Assembly: GCF_009914755.1 (NCBI RefSeq) | Contig: NC_060929.1 | Direction: 5' to 3' (one strand) | DNA: 64,000 bases | From: the human T2T-CHM13v2.0 reference genome, Homo sapiens | Shown here: piece after piece, positions 27,056 through 42,109 of the stretch | Layout: the number at the start of each line of letters is the position of its first letter | Position numbering within the stretch: position 1 is the first letter of the stretch | The notes under the pieces: generated by a model | Told to the model about the DNA's origin: nothing | What the model saw: only the letters and a program-made list of their open reading frames with translations | Database searches by the model: none | Translations under genes and position numbers: made by a program

Positions 27056-27567
<512 letters not shown>

Positions 27568-27894
27568 TATAAATACTTTTTAAAAGTTTTATTAAATTGA
27601 CAGAATTCTTAAACAATACCATCCAATCCTCCTGCCATTCCATTCTAATTCTCTTCCTCTGGATCATGCTGCCTTCTGCAAGGGAGTGGAATACTGGCCT
27701 CATATTTTTCTTATTACTACAATCCATGTGGATTTGTTGCATGTAGAAATTATTTTATAGATATAATAAATTTTATTGTTTGAGCAATGTTTTTCTGTTT
27801 ATCTAGAGAAAGAATAGTAACTTTTGTTTACTTCAAATCCAATCAAACTGAGAAAGAGACAAAAAGAGAGGAGAAAGAAAGATTGATTTACTCG

Positions 27895-28020
27895 AACTCA
27901 GCATTAGAAACATCTTGCTCACCTCAGACCTACAGAATCAAATTCTCAGGGCTGGAGGCCCAGCATCTGCAGTTGTAACCAGGTTTCCAGGTAATTCTGG
28001 CACACAGTGAAGCCGAAAAC
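27895..28020. mobile_element. MER5 (hAT-Charlie) fragment
   Basis: CAGACCTACAGAATCAAATTCTC.GGG...CCCAGCATCTG...CCAGGTAATTCTG. Confidence 0.65.
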
Positions 28021-28585
28021 TCCTTCTGTAAATCCATGGGCACAACCGCAATTTTTAAAAGTTATATAATGATGTCAGGTTTTCAGTAAATATAAGAAGC
28101 AAGTGCGTTACCCATGATACTGTAGGGAGTTGTATGTGAAACTTGTAAAATTGTAAGATTCACTTACAAAAATGGACTCTAACAACTTCAAGAGACTATG
28201 ATCTGATAGTAGTGTGGAAAGGAAAATAAGATGAGGAAAGCCGAAAAAGAGAGCAAAGGCAAAAGCAGGAGTGAGGAGAGTCAGGGTGAACGAAAAGACT
28301 GGTTAGAAAGAGAGAAGACATATGTTTGTAACACAGCTAACCTGTGTAAATGGAATGCTGATCTTCTCTCAGATTACCTCGTGTGAGCCACCTCAGTAGG
28401 GGACAGACCGCAGGCTTACTTGCATCTTCTTCTGTTTTCAAGCTCACAAAGCTTCTCTATCATAAGTTTCTCCACATTTTAAAATATTTTATTATAATCC
28501 AATAATCATTGGCCTGATATAAACAGGAATGAGCATGTATTCTCCAGCATTAATTTGTAGTTTATGCAGAAGTGCCTAATATATA

Positions 28586-28859
28586 CAGTAGGGTCCCCCT
28601 TGTCCACAATTTCACTTTCTGAAGTTTCTGTTACCTGTGGTATGATATGATATTTTGAGAGAGAGATCATATTCAAATAACTTTTATTACAGAATATTGT
28701 TGTAATTGTTCTTTTTATTTTGGTTATTGTTGATAATCTCTCACTGTGCCTAATTTATACATTAAACTTTATCACAGGTATGTTTATATAGGAAAAAAAT
28801 GTAGTATATTTAGGTTTCAGTACTATTCGTGGTGTCAGGCTTTCACTGGGGAACTACTG
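28586..28859 (+). mobile_element. MER44 DNA transposon
   Basis: TA|CAGTAG...CTACTG|TA terminal inverted repeats with TA TSD; MER44 internal signature. Confidence 0.88.
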
Positions 28860-29681
28860 TACATTAATAGGGTGCTATTATCTCCTTGAGCACAGAGAGC
28901 CGGCTCCTTAGACAGCTGAGATCAATTGAAAAGCATTTGCTTCTGCAGCTGACTTCACGTAAGTTCCAAACTATGCCCTGAGACCCTGACAAAGAATCCT
29001 TTCTGTCTGTTGAAAGGGCCTGGTGAGCTGGATAGAGTGACTCAGAGCAAATCAAATTGGAAAAATAGCAAAAAAAACAAAACAAAAAAAAAAACAAAAA
29101 AACAAAACACCCACACACACACAAACAAACAAAAAACTAGAGACAGACAGAATAATCATCAAGTTGACCAATAAAAAGAAAGCGAAATGCTGTACTGATG
29201 AACACTGCAGAAAGAGATTTGAGGGAAGCCAGGCTGTTCCCTTAATAAAACAGCAATAACATATGAGACAGTTGCAAAAAAATTGCTTTTAATTTAATCT
29301 ACTGATTTTTTTTATTTTTCAGTAATAGTAATAGAATAAGAATCATACAACCTCTAATGGTGATTTAGCAGTTTTATGGAAAGCTAAAGATAAAACAATT
29401 CTAAAATAGAAATGAAGAGGGGGCCACTAAATTCAGTCTTCTTCCCAACTGAGATCCAGGGTAAGGAGGAAGTGGATTAGCAAGCAAATGACAACCTCAT
29501 CATTAGAGCTCTAACTAGAGTTTCATAGTCTCTGCAAGCCTGTAACTAAGCCCTGGAACAGATGAAAAAATTCTGAAGAGAGAAGCATGATACAGTTCAT
29601 TATTTAATGAAGAGAAGATTCTCTTTCTCCGTGTCTTTAGGAAAAAAATGACATATAATTCAATGTCCTCCATTCCCTAAA

Positions 29682-29857
29682 TCAGAGTTTCTAGTGTGTG
29701 GTCCCTAGATCAACATCAGCATCACTTGGTATTTTTGAAATGTAAATCTCAGCTCTTCCCCAGGCCTATTGAATCAGAAACTCAGGGAAGTTTCAGCAAT
29801 CTGTGCTAATAAGCCTTCCAGGTATTTCTGATGCTCGGGAAAGTTTGAGACCCATTT
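29682..29857. mobile_element. MER5A
   Basis: GTGTGGTCCC...CATCAGCATCACTTGG...GAATCAGAAACTC...AAAGTTTGAGA. Confidence 0.8.
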
Positions 29858-32682
29858 CCTTAAAGCGTGCGTATTTTCCATTTTAAAGCCTTTATCAAGA
29901 ATGTGTGCGGTGGAAATTATCGTAGAAGTGGACTGGATGCATTCACGCTTCCATAGGCTTTCTGTTTCTTGGCTTATTTGGAACTATAAAGCTAAGGGTA
30001 GACGGACACATTCCTAATACAAGAATGTTGGTATTTGCACAATGAGGTCCCGGGAGACTTTTTAACACATTAAAAAAACTGGTATGAGAAGTAAGAGGGA
30101 GTTACAGCATTAACTATTGTCCTGTTTTCCAGGATGAAGAAGATCTTCCAGGACTTTTCTCAGGGGATCATCCTCTACATTGAGAAGTAGCACAAGGAGG
30201 AGATAATTTTAATCCGACTAATAGCAAAGTGACATGAACTCAAAGAGGGCTGTAGCCTACTGGTTGACCTCGTGATTGGAAATTAGCTCATGAATTAATT
30301 TTTGCCATAGTGACATTGGATATATTCATTTGCGCCTTTCTTACTTATAACTTCTAATTTTTTTCTTAATTTCCTGACTATTAAAAGTTTGGTATTTCTG
30401 AGAATTTCCTTCTCTTTCCTCCAGCTCCCCAATGATATCCAATAAATATTCCAGTTCATATAAAAAAAGAGTAATTTTTGCACTTAGTGAGTGCAATTTA
30501 ACTTAACATCCTTTTTAAACTGAGATAGATTCCATATACCGTCAAATTATTCTCCTAAAGTCTATTGGTCAGTGGATTTTACTACATTTACAAAGCTGTA
30601 CAACCATCACCACTAATTCTAGACCCAGCAAATGCAGTAGTTTCCCTGCTTCATGCCTGTGAAATGTGTTGCTTTTCCTTAGTGTCCTCATGAGGGAGCC
30701 TCAGAGAGTGGAGAAAGTCCAGGTTCATCACGATAGCACCTCGGCTGTGAACTCACATGAACAGGTGAGTAAATTGGAAAAGCACAACATACTGGCTAGA
30801 TGACAGCTTGAGTTATATTTTCTTCTTAATTCCTGGGGTAGCTGAGCATAGAAATTTCAGTTTAGTTACATAAACTGTAGCATGATTTTTTACTCCTCTT
30901 TTAATATCAATTATCAAATATTTAGAAAAATGGAAGAAATAATCTACGCTTCACAGAAACTAGGATAAAAATTAAAAGGCCCTTATTCCCCTCTTTTTCC
31001 AGATGTTAGCTATCATAACCCATAAGGAAATATTAAAAGGCTATGACCTAGGCTGACTAAATTTATAGAAGCAATAAAAAGAAGCCCAACATATGCATAA
31101 ATACCAGCTTTGGTGGGTGGGAGTAAGATAGTGGGGGATAAGAGAGCCCTAGAATAGCAGATACTAAAATAACCATGGACTGTCAAGCAAAAGGGCCACC
31201 AAGAAGCAAGGGTGCCTTGGGAAGGGAAGTGTCCTGGGGTACAAGAGTAGGGTCTGCAGGATAAGGAAGGGAGCGCAGCTATCTCTCCCCTCTTCCTGCT
31301 GCCTGATTACCCCGCATCCCTCTAGAAATTGGTGCTGTGGATCCAGGCTTCCATCTGTTTGCATTCAGATCTGTGATCTTGCCAAGTCTAATCTGACCAA
31401 ATTATTGACAGCTTTGCATCGTACACAAGTGACTGGGGACCTCTCCTCTGAATCCAGAGATGAAGTGAGCCACTTGGAAGAATCCTGCAGATAGTAAAAC
31501 TTCTGAGCATTTATTTCCCCAATCCTCTTGGAGGCTATTCAGCCAGATACTGTGCAATACATCCACCTGGGAGGCTGCAGCAGAGGAGAGATCCACATTG
31601 ATAAAACACACAGAAAGGGGATTTTGATCTCAATATAAGGGAACTTGGAGAGTTGTAAACCATGGCAGACTGTACTGTTTAGCTTCTGAGGCATAAGAGC
31701 CATTACTTCAAGTTGCTTGTTCAATACGCTGAGCTACAGGGTCACGCCAGACTTCAGGAAGAGCCAGAACACTCAGAACCTAGACTTACTCTAAAACTAG
31801 GAACTCTAGCTGCTGCTGTGTGAGAGCTGCTTGAGAACTGTGTGTCATGTTCTGGGCTTTTCTCTTGCAGGGATTGCAAGGCCAGGACCCTGAAATTTGC
31901 CCAACTCGGAGACCCTGAGGATGCCCCAGGGACCTGGGTCCTTCTTCCTCAAAACAGAAGGGAGTTTCAAATGAGATTGGACCATGACAACAGTGACTAT
32001 CATTATCTAGATGACAGTAGGTTTAAGGAAAATATTCATTTACTGGTTTTCAAACTTCATGAAAGAGAAAGCATGAATTGCAGACTCAGTGTTTAAAAAT
32101 CAAATGCATTATTCAGAATCAAATATAAAAGCCAGATGCCACAAATTACTCCCAAATTCACATTTTTTTGAGATATGATTGATTAAAGTTCTATTTGAGG
32201 ATGCATTTTCCTAAGTGACTTTTGGTTTAGGAGTCTTCTTCAGATAATCTTTTCCTAAGAACTAAATGAAAGAAATTTATTTGTTATCCAAGAATTGTCA
32301 TTACTGTTTCTTCATTTCAGCACTCATTTATTTATTCACAGGTCGCATGCTGTCTGACCTGTCCTGGTTGGTGGGAGGGATGGAGCCTGGCTTCCTGTGT
32401 AGGGTGCCCAAGGACTGGCTGTGGAGGCTGCTGGGCCTAAATGCTTTCCCCCTACTTTTTTCCATGGACTGACTTCTGTATCCCAAATGATTGACATATT
32501 TATTATTGACCTTCTCTGACAAAAGACAAAGAATTACGGATCTACATTTTTCTCTCAATCTCAGGAGCCAATATATTCAGTGTAAAAGCTCAATTTTCAT
32601 TTGAAAGAAAAAACACTTGGCTCAAGAAAATTTTTTTCCATGTAAGTCTAAATTATAAAAATTTGACTTATTAAAAACAAGA

Positions 32683-32690
32683 TGTTGTGT

Positions 32691-32732
<42 letters not shown>

Positions 32733-33545
32733 CCTTAGTTCCTAGCTCATAACTCCCCTAGCTCTTGTTAAAATCTTTTGTTATTATATTGGGTGTGCTA
32801 GTTCGCAGGAACAGACCTCAGGAAACTGAATCTCTCTACTGCCTTCTTTCTCCTACCCTAAAGCAGGACTTTAATCTTCTCTCACCTTTCTGATTATGGA
32901 TCTTAAGAAATTTCCCTGAGAGGGCTCCGCCCTGTACCCTATACTTGGGGAAGGAATGCTGATGTCACAAAGCTTCCATAAAAATCCAAAAGGACTGGGT
33001 TCAGAGGGCTTTTGGAGAGCTGGACATGTGGAGGCCGACAGGAAGGTGAAGAAGTCATCTGCGTGCTGTGAGGGTGGCGCACCCCAACTCCATGGGGACA
33101 GAAGGTCCTGCATTTAGGACCCTTCCAGACCTCACACCTATGTATCTCTTCATCTGGCTGATTACTTATATCCTTTCAAAGACGCTTCTTAGTAAACTGG
33201 TAAATGTTAAGTGTTTCTCTGAGTTCTGTGAGCCACTCTAGCAAATTAATCAAACCCAAAGAGGGTGTCTTGGTGACCTCAACTTGAAGCCAGTTGGTCA
33301 CAAGATTTGGAGGCCCAAACTTACAACTAGGAGGAAGAAAGGAACAATCTTGGGGACTGAACCTTCAACTTGCGGGATGGGACACTCTCTCTAGGTGGAC
33401 AGTGTTGGAATTGAATTGGGGGACACCCAGCCACTTGGCAGTGGGGGAGAATCTGCACACATTTGGTCACAGAAGTCTCATGGGGTCATTGTTGCGTGGT
33501 GAGAGTGGAGGAGAAACACAGTTTGAGAGTTGTTTTTCTGATACG
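32683..33545 (+). mobile_element. MER21 (MER21A-like) solo LTR with an internal (TA)n at 32696-32728
   Basis: GCTTCCATAAAAATCCAAAAGGACTGGGTTCAGAG...CCCCAACTCCATGGGGACAGAAG...CCCTTCCAGACCTC...TATGTATCTCTTCATCTGGCTG. Confidence 0.85.
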
Positions 33546-35731
33546 AAATGAAAATATAATTTAAATACATCTGGAAAATAGATATGTCTTTATTAACACC
33601 ATTCTCAATTTGTCAAATTTCCGATGAAAGAAAGGTCTATTTTGTGAATTTAAGGATTTAAGCACAGGCAATAACAGATTTAAATACAAAAGTATAGAGG
33701 TGTCATTATTATACATTTTCTTCCTAAGTGAGTATGATGAACTTTATCGGTTGAAAGATTGCTGCTGAGAGTCAGTGGCACTGAGTCATATTTTAACCTT
33801 TTCAATATGACAGAATAAACCATTAGCTGCAATCTTATTCATATTGTTTCTGTGGTTGTCAGAGTCTGCCACAAAGTCCCAGCACTCCCTTCGTCATTCC
33901 AAAGCATCACAATTAGTCTTAATTTCTACTCCCACTTCATCTGAGATAGGACTCTTTTGTCTGTGCTAACACTGACAGGTTTTCAAACTGTCTTTTTAAA
34001 CATTAGACTTTGTATTTGTAAGGCCCCTTTCCACTGCTAGAGCCACTGGAATTGCACTTTGAAGTTTGCATATAATCCTTTATTAGTCTTAATATGTGAG
34101 GATCCTAACTATACACTAAGGCATAAAGAATTCCCTCCATTCAGACAATGCCCCCAATCCTATGAAGCAGGGAGTGAACCTGGACATGAAGCAGGGAGAA
34201 GGAAGTAGCTGGATGGTCAGATGGAGCCATTCCTCCATGATGTGTTCAAAATGATTTCTTATACCTCCAGTGAATTTATAGGAGTCCTTGCTGATTGAAG
34301 TCACAAACTTTGTCAATGATATAAAAAAGAAATTTTGGAAAAACAGGCTGAATGTCAGATATAGACACAATACCACCATTGATTACGATGTTAAATTATA
34401 TGGGGGTTGTCACACATGTCAAGGGACCACTGGTCTTCGTCCACTGTTAAAAGTCACCCTAATGGATAGTCTTTTTGGCATGCAAAGTGGTTCAGGCTGT
34501 TTGTACTGGCTATTTGTCTTAGAACTAAGTAGACTTTCCACAAGGCTGGTCTAAGAGTTAGGGTGTATAGTATGAACAGTGTAGGAAAATTTATTGGATA
34601 CTATTTTGCACTGTTTTGCTCCATACTGAATTTGTTATGTCAGAGGCTTTCACTCTGATTTTTTTCCTGAGTTTTAAAATCCAAAAAATGTGAGAAAAGA
34701 ACAAAATCTTTTGGTAGTCTACAACTGCTAACAAATTAATCTCGGAAATCCCTTTGAATACCAACATAAATGTGACCTACATCAATGTATATGGACTCAG
34801 GGTCTATTCAGCTCAGGGATATACCTCTGTTGGATACTGAATGGATATTGCATCTCTGTGAAACCTGCTCTGGCATCATGGCGTCTTAACATTAATCACG
34901 AAAAAAGTTATTTTGATTTCCTGCTGAGCTTTGGTTAATTTTACTGACAAGAGATGCATTACAAAAGAAAGGAGCTCTTTGAAAAACTGAAAATTTAATA
35001 GGAAATTTTATTAAATACATCATTTTGATTTGCAACCTTATTATAAATTTCGAAAAGTTCATATTCTACATTTGAATTGTCCATATGTTTCCTTAATAAG
35101 CTGCAATAAAAATAGAATATAAAAAGTATGCAGCTTCTTATCACTTTCATCTTTAATTTAATTAAATTTCTCTGGCTTGGTAAATCATACAAACCCATTA
35201 ATATTGATCCTAGCATGTGTGGTTTTTTCCTAGCTATTTGTTGAATTCTATTATTTTTAAAATATGCTTTCTTATTCATTATCAAAAACTACTTACATGT
35301 CTCTTTTCATTCTAGTTTACTCATATTGTTTTATAACAAGAAAAGAGATAAAATTTGTTGATATTAGAGGGAAGTTTTGTTTAGGTTAAACGGGGGGTAA
35401 TTTTAATTGAAGATAAAATATATAACCACTCTAGATATGGAGTTCTGAACTCCTCTGATTAGTAGTTGGGACTGAGGTGGAGTTGAGGTAGGGACTGTAA
35501 TTCCACAGTTCTTTGATAGAACTTGACCTGCAGTGGGTGAGAAAAAGGAAATGCGGTCTTCTTGCAGTTCAGGAAGCCTGACTCCTGTTCATGCACATAA
35601 CTCCATCTAGAACAGAAGCAGGGTTATTTTTTTATTTTGGATTCAGGTTTCTCAGTGTATTTTCTGAATAAGGAATGCAATTAATTAGTTCTAATTTTCA
35701 GAATTTTTCTCTTTGCTTCAAAAAATATTTG

Positions 35732-35745
35732 TGCATGTGTGTGTA

Positions 35746-35783
<38 letters not shown>
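35732..35783. repeat. Compound (TG)n(TA)n microsatellite
   Basis: Directly visible. Confidence 0.93.
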
Positions 35784-35786
<3 letters not shown>

Positions 35787-38019
35787 ACAATTCATTGGGT
35801 TTAGGGAATTTATTTTCTTGTATACTTCTATATAATATAAATTGGTCTTACTTTATATTTGGAAACTGCATACATTGAGGTAGTTGCTTGTCACAAAAAC
35901 TGTTCTTGCTTTCTTTAACCTGAACTGGAAATTCAAAAGCTTATTAAAATACTAAGGCAACTAGTGTTCTCAAAGTAAATTTTCCCTACTCAGATTTTAG
36001 TCAAACAACAACATGCCCATAATGAGTTAAATCTGTGCTTTAAGAAAAAGAAAAGCAATCGTGCTGAGGAATCCTAGTTGGCCCAGGAGGTTAGAAAATG
36101 GAGGTTGATTCTCCCTCTACAAGTCATCAATTTGATTCGGTCCAGGTTGGCAGTTTTTCAGAACATCTGTCATCTGATTGCTCTTTAGTGGTCAGTAAAC
36201 AAGAAAATCCAGATGTTCTTAGTTTAGTAGAGATCCATCATCTAAAATGCCCCAAGGTCCTGTACACTTCTATGTGCCTAAAGGTTACACTGAAAAGGAC
36301 GAGGGATCTCTGAGAATCCTTTCTCCCAGGCATTACTTCTAAGTGGTGGACATGCTGTCCTAGTGCCTCCCTCACATGGCCAGCGGAGAAGGGCCTTGCC
36401 CTACCTCTCAGACTGCAGCCCTGAGCCACTCCTTGGAGGTGAGGAGCACCATTCACCTGAGCAGCTCCCCGCCCTGGTGTCTGAGAAATAAATCTGCCTT
36501 CAGTCATACGGTTCTACCAATCTGAGCACACGTAAGTATTTTTCTGTGTTGTCTTCTTAAAAGCAAATGCTTTCTCCTTAGAGTATTTTTTTTAATTTAA
36601 TGTAATCTCATCCAGAGGAGGAGATTGTTTTGTGATCACCCTGTGTAAGCCATATCAGCCTCTCTCCCCAAAATGTGGTTCAGATATCAAGACTGAAAAT
36701 GCTACACATGCAATAAGAGAGAATGCAAAGATTTATTACAATATTAGTGCTTTCTGGGGAGAGCATCATTTTGTAAAGGGATGGCTTAGCCATGGTCGCC
36801 CATGCCAACATCCACAATACATAGTTACAAACGTGTAAGTGTGATAAATCATGTTCACTTGGGGCTTGGCTTGTAGACATATTGATTTTTATAGGAATAT
36901 TTATATACAAATTTTTCAAAATTTAAATCTGTAAAAGCCAATTATTCTTATCACTGCAGTGCAGGTGTATGTGGCTGGGTGATATTCTGGAAAAGGGTCT
37001 GGGAAAGGATGGTCATGTTGGATGACCGGGACAATTAACCAAGTATAGGAGGGGATAATGAATACTGATATTATTTTGCTATTAGTATTTTGGCTACACA
37101 TACTATGCATCTATTTATCAGAGTAACAGGGAGCTTATTGGAGGCATTGACGAACACTGTGGGCATTTTTCCATATGCAGTTCATGTTAGAGTTTGGGTG
37201 AAGTCCCTGGTTAAAGAAAAGAGGTACCTGGGAAGTTCTGTCTGTAAGTTAGAGTTGCAGCAGTAAGTGGAAAATAAATGTTCACGTGGGTCACGGCTGT
37301 ACCCTGTAGCCATGAGGTTGGAGGCGAAAGGTCCAGCTCAGGCCATTGTAGCTAAAGAGGTATGCTCTAAATTTGCCCAAGAACTCAGACTTTCTCACAG
37401 ACAGAACTGAAAGTACACCATAGAGTTGATAGATCTTTGAGGGTAAGGTGTGTGTCCAAATTGCCAAGCTCGGATAGGAAAGAGACCTCCTGTGTTCTAG
37501 AGACAGCCCTAGATCCTCCCCAGCCATGGTGTTCAGATGGGCAGACACAGGCTGCTCAGCGGTGTCCAGAGATGGCTTCAAACTTGCTGTCATTTATCTA
37601 TGCTCTGATCAAGGGCACGGGTTATAAAATTGTTGTAAAACCAGTCCAGTTGGGAAAGACATAGAATGCACCCTTCTCCCCATCTCAATGTTCCCCTGCC
37701 TGCCAGTGCCCACGACTCTCGTAGAGCTGCTTTACCCCTTTTCTTCCTGCGCTTTATACCCTTTATGGCATGCCACCAGGCATATCTATGTGTGTGTGCA
37801 TGTGTAAGTGTGCACCTGCAGGCTGGATCATTCTCATAATTTATTTTTAATTACTAAAATTTGTGCATACAATCATTACATATATTTTTATTTTTACTTG
37901 TATTAATTTAAAATATATTCTAATATCTAAAGTTCATTTTAAATTTTGTTTTATATGTGTTTATTAAAATTCATTTTAAATATTAAAATTTGCTTTTAAT
38001 ATTTAAAATTACTATATTG

Positions 38020-40580
38020 CCCAACCTTTAAAGAGTTCAGTAATTCACCACAACATATACTTCATTTCTTCTCCCTAAAGGAAAATATATTCAACTTTTT
38101 TTGTTGATTATTTTGGGGTTTATTTCCACATCATTAATAATTATGTTTATATTGTTGCTTCTTAATTTTTCAGTTTTAGCTGTAATCTGTTTACTCCCTA
38201 CAATTAAAGGTGGGAATTTACCTCTCTCGTATGAATCTTTCTTCCCTGACCTCTTCTTTTTTCCAATTCTCCTTTGTTTAATCTTCCAAATATACTTGCA
38301 TCATAATTCTGTTTAGATCAATATTTAATATTTACATTATTACTATATACATGTTCTTCATATGTGTTTGCATAGTTTATTATAATGAGTTTATCTTTCT
38401 TACTGGTATTCCTGTCACTGTTTCAGCGCCAGCCTCTCCTTCCACTATGTAACTTATGTCTCAGGATGCTCCATCACACCCTCACTCTCACCGCCTGGTG
38501 TGAATTCCTCCTAGCCTTCTGGCTGCTCTGAGCTGCCTGAAAGGATTTCTCTCTCGGCCCGCTGGCCGCCCCCCAACCTCGGACCCCAGCTTCACTATCG
38601 TTTGGGAAATCCTTTTATCTCTTTTTAATGGTGGATGTCAAATTTCCTGAATTTCCTTATCTTTTATTTCTTTCTTTCCTGTATTATTCCTTGGATTTTG
38701 TTGGTCATGTTTTTTAGTAGCTTCCTGAGATAGGGTGCACAGGTTGTAAAATTTTTGAGAACATATATGTTTGAAATGCCTTTTTTCTACCCTTGCGTTT
38801 TATTTGTAGTTTGACTTGCTTCAGAATTCTAAGGTGGAAATCATTTTTTTCTTTTTTTTTTTGAGACAGGGTTTCCCTCCGCTGCCAGACTAAAGTTCAG
38901 TGCTGTGATCACAGCTCACTGCAGCCTCGAACTGCTGGGCTCAAGTGATGCTCCCACCTCAGGCTCCCAAGTAGCTTGGACTACACATATGAATCACCAT
39001 GCTCTACAGTTTTTGTAGAGATGGGGGTCTCACTATGTTGCCTCGGCTGGTCTTGAACTCCTGGCCTCAAGTAATCCTTCCACCTTGGCCGTCCACAGTC
39101 CTGAGCCACCGCACTTGGCCTCAATCCTTTACATAAAACCTGTTTTCCTCTTAGGAAGCTTGCTGCATTTTCTGTTTGTTATATTCAGTGTTCCGAAAAT
39201 GTATGATGCCATCCCTCGGTATGGCTCTATGTTTCATCCATTATGCTCAGCAATCAGTGATGCCTTTAAATCTGGAAACCCACGTTTCCCAAGTCCAACC
39301 TTATTTTTTTTAAGTGTTTTACTGACAATTTTCTCCTCTTGTTTTCTTTGTTCTTTCAGTCATCTTTAATTGAGAATCTGTAATCTTTGTATTATAATAA
39401 AATGTTTAGACTTTTTTTGTTAATACCTTTAGAACTGGTTAATTTATTTTAACTACAGTATGGTATTATAATATATGAACAGATCTTAATTGAATAATAC
39501 ATTAATAGACATTTAGATTGCTTCCCTTTTGCGATTTATAAATAATATTTTAATGAATGTCTTTGTGAGTGTATTTGTGTGCCTGTGTACAGAATTTATG
39601 TTCTATAGAGAATGGCTAGAGGAAAATGTACATTTAAACTTTACCAGACATTTTTACATGTTAAGTGGTAGTACCATTTACATTCCTACTTATGATCACT
39701 GAAAAACATTTCTCTGCATCCTCATCAATGCTTGATACAATTATACCTTTAAAATGTTGCCAACATGATGGATAAGGAATTGTTACTCAATTGAATTTGC
39801 AACTATAAAAGTTGGAGATACTTGCATATATATTAATTCAACATGAAAGTTTCCTCTTCTATGAATAGCTGATTCATATCATTTGTCCATAAATTCTAAA
39901 CTAAATTGAATTTCTAGGTATGACAAAAAGCATACCTCAAAATATAAAAACAATTACAAACAAAAAACAATTACAAACAAAAACAAAATCTGAATTACAT
40001 AGAAAATACTTGATTTTTGCTTAATAGGATTCCATAACAAATAGGAAAATATCTAAATTTGAAGGAAACATCTAAATGAAATTTATTCATAATTTTTATA
40101 TTACTTTGTTATTTCAAATAAGGAGACCATTCCTTTTTAAAAATTAAAATAGCAAATGAGCTATGAACACTGATTTGCTTTTTATATATTAATCTTGTTG
40201 GCTGTTTTCATCATTTATGGACCATCGCTAATGTGCCTTATATGTAAGCTGCTTCATTTTTTGAAGTTACAAACAAAAATATATATTAAATGTTTTTCTA
40301 TGTCCAAAATAGAAGACAAATTAACCATAATCCTGAAAATAGATATAATCAATATTAATATTTTATATATATTTCTCTCCTCTTCTTATGCCTATATAAA
40401 AGTTACATATTTTAAATGTGAATATTTTGTGCAATTCACATTTATTTCAGTCAATATCACATGAGGAACATTTCCTTCTACATTAGCAAACATTATTTTG
40501 CAACAGTATTTTAAATGGCTGCATAGCATTCTGTTATATGGATATGCAACAATTTATTAAAGCAGTTTCTCACTTTTCTA
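38020..40580 (-). mobile_element. Scattered ancient L1ME/L1M fragments
   Basis: T-rich text with L1M phrases (AGAATTCTAAGGTGGAAATCATTT; GTACCATTTACATTCC; TTTTAAATGGCTGCATAGCATTC). The span is discontinuous. Confidence 0.55.
38844..39120 (-). mobile_element. AluJ
   Basis: J diagnostics GAGACAGGGT, CACAGCTCACTGCAGCCTCGAAC.GCTGGGCTCAAG and TCTCACTATGTTGCC. Confidence 0.92.
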
Positions 40581-41329
40581 TTGAAAAATTTAGCGTGGTA
40601 ATGTTAAAAGTTCCTGATGAATGCCTAATGTAGAGTATATTTTTACTCCTACTTTTTCCCATAACATTATCTGAATATCATTTTTATTACCCATTCTAAA
40701 ATTATTACAGTAATTCTATGCTTCATTTGTTAAAGACAGCATACACGTGCACACACGTGCACACACACACAGGCACTTTCCATGTCTTTTGGCAGAGAGA
40801 TTGATATCCTGGTAAATGGAATCAAGTTTGGTACCATAAGAAATTAGTGACTTTGCGTGCTTTGTTAGACCAATCTGTGATCCATCAGGAAAGTGTTAAC
40901 CTAGCTTAGTTCCCTTGCATGGTTATTTTTAAATAAATTGATATTGATATTGATGTCCAGTTGCATGAGGTGGTGTCTTAATAAGTAATTCATTGAACTT
41001 ATCAGCACATCACAGGAATTTCAGATTAACACTCCTGATTTACATGATTAAAAGTGCCACCATTAGCAGAGCAAGGAAATGAAGCACTTGCTTCCTAAGG
41101 AGCTGTTGAGATGATCATTGAAATATCTGAGTACCATATTTCACTGAGTCACAAATACATATTTTCATCCAATTTTAACATGAAAAATGTGAACGACCTT
41201 ACAGTCAACTGTGTCTTAAAATACAGCTGGTGGCAGTTTTACTTTCTTAGTGGTATGCACTTTATAGCACAGCTTGTATTTGGTGGCTTCCATTCTTGGA
41301 CCCACAATCTACCAATGATGTGATAGATA

Positions 41330-41610
41330 CCTTGGGCATGGCTCCCATCATCCCCACATTCTCGTGGTTAAACACTGAGCAGTCCACTCCCCTTGAGCAT
41401 GGGCTGGAGCCAGTACGCAGAGCACCGCAAAAGGGATGGGATGCCATTCTGAAATTAGGTTATAAAAGACTGTGAGCTCTGTCTAGCTAGCAACCACTGT
41501 ATGACTCTTCTTTCCTGCTTGTTCTGATGCGCAGGACCTCCCGATAGGGTACTGAGGATGGCTTCTGACCTGGAGGCATCAAGGACCTGAAGGCAGTAAC
41601 CATTTCAGAG
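41330..41610 (+). mobile_element. MLT1E/F-like LTR fragment
   Basis: CCCCTTGAGCATGGGCTGGA...GATGGGATGCCA.TCTGA..TTAGGTTATAAAAGACTGTGA. Confidence 0.6.
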
Positions 41611-41624
41611 GACAGCCACATCCC

Positions 41625-42050
41625 TCAAATTACAAACATCTAAAATGTCCATTAACTGTTGAGTGGATATATAAATTCTGATGTTTTATAAAATGGCATA
41701 CCCTACATCAATGAAGATGAGTGAATTACTTCTGCATAAAACAATACACATGCATCTAACCAATATGACACTGAGTGAAAAAAGACATCCATAGAAGAGC
41801 ACAGCTCACCATTCAGGAGGTGAGTAGGCTGAAAGAATCCATGGTGTTAGAAGCTGAGACATTAACTCAAGGATGAGAAAAGTAATAATAGAAATTGGGA
41901 ACTGGTGATGAGGGTTTTTTGGTTAGATAAAATTCTGGTAATATTCTATTACTTTTCATCTGAGTGATGGTTATCAAATTGTGTTTATTTTTTGATAATT
42001 TAGAAAGTGGCACACTTATGATTTGTGTAAATTGTCTATGCAATTTTTAT
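41625..42050 (+). mobile_element. L1ME 3' fragment
   Basis: AAATGTCCATTAAC..TTGAGTGGATA.ATAAATT...GGTAATATTCTATT. Confidence 0.6.
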
Positions 42051-42109
42051 GTCATGACTTTTTTGTCACTGTGGCTGGGTGAGAGCTGGAGTGTCATACA
42101 CCAATTTTT

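Noticed and set aside
34161-34200. ATGAAGCAGGGAG repeated twice
   Set aside because: A 13-bp microduplication with no further structure.
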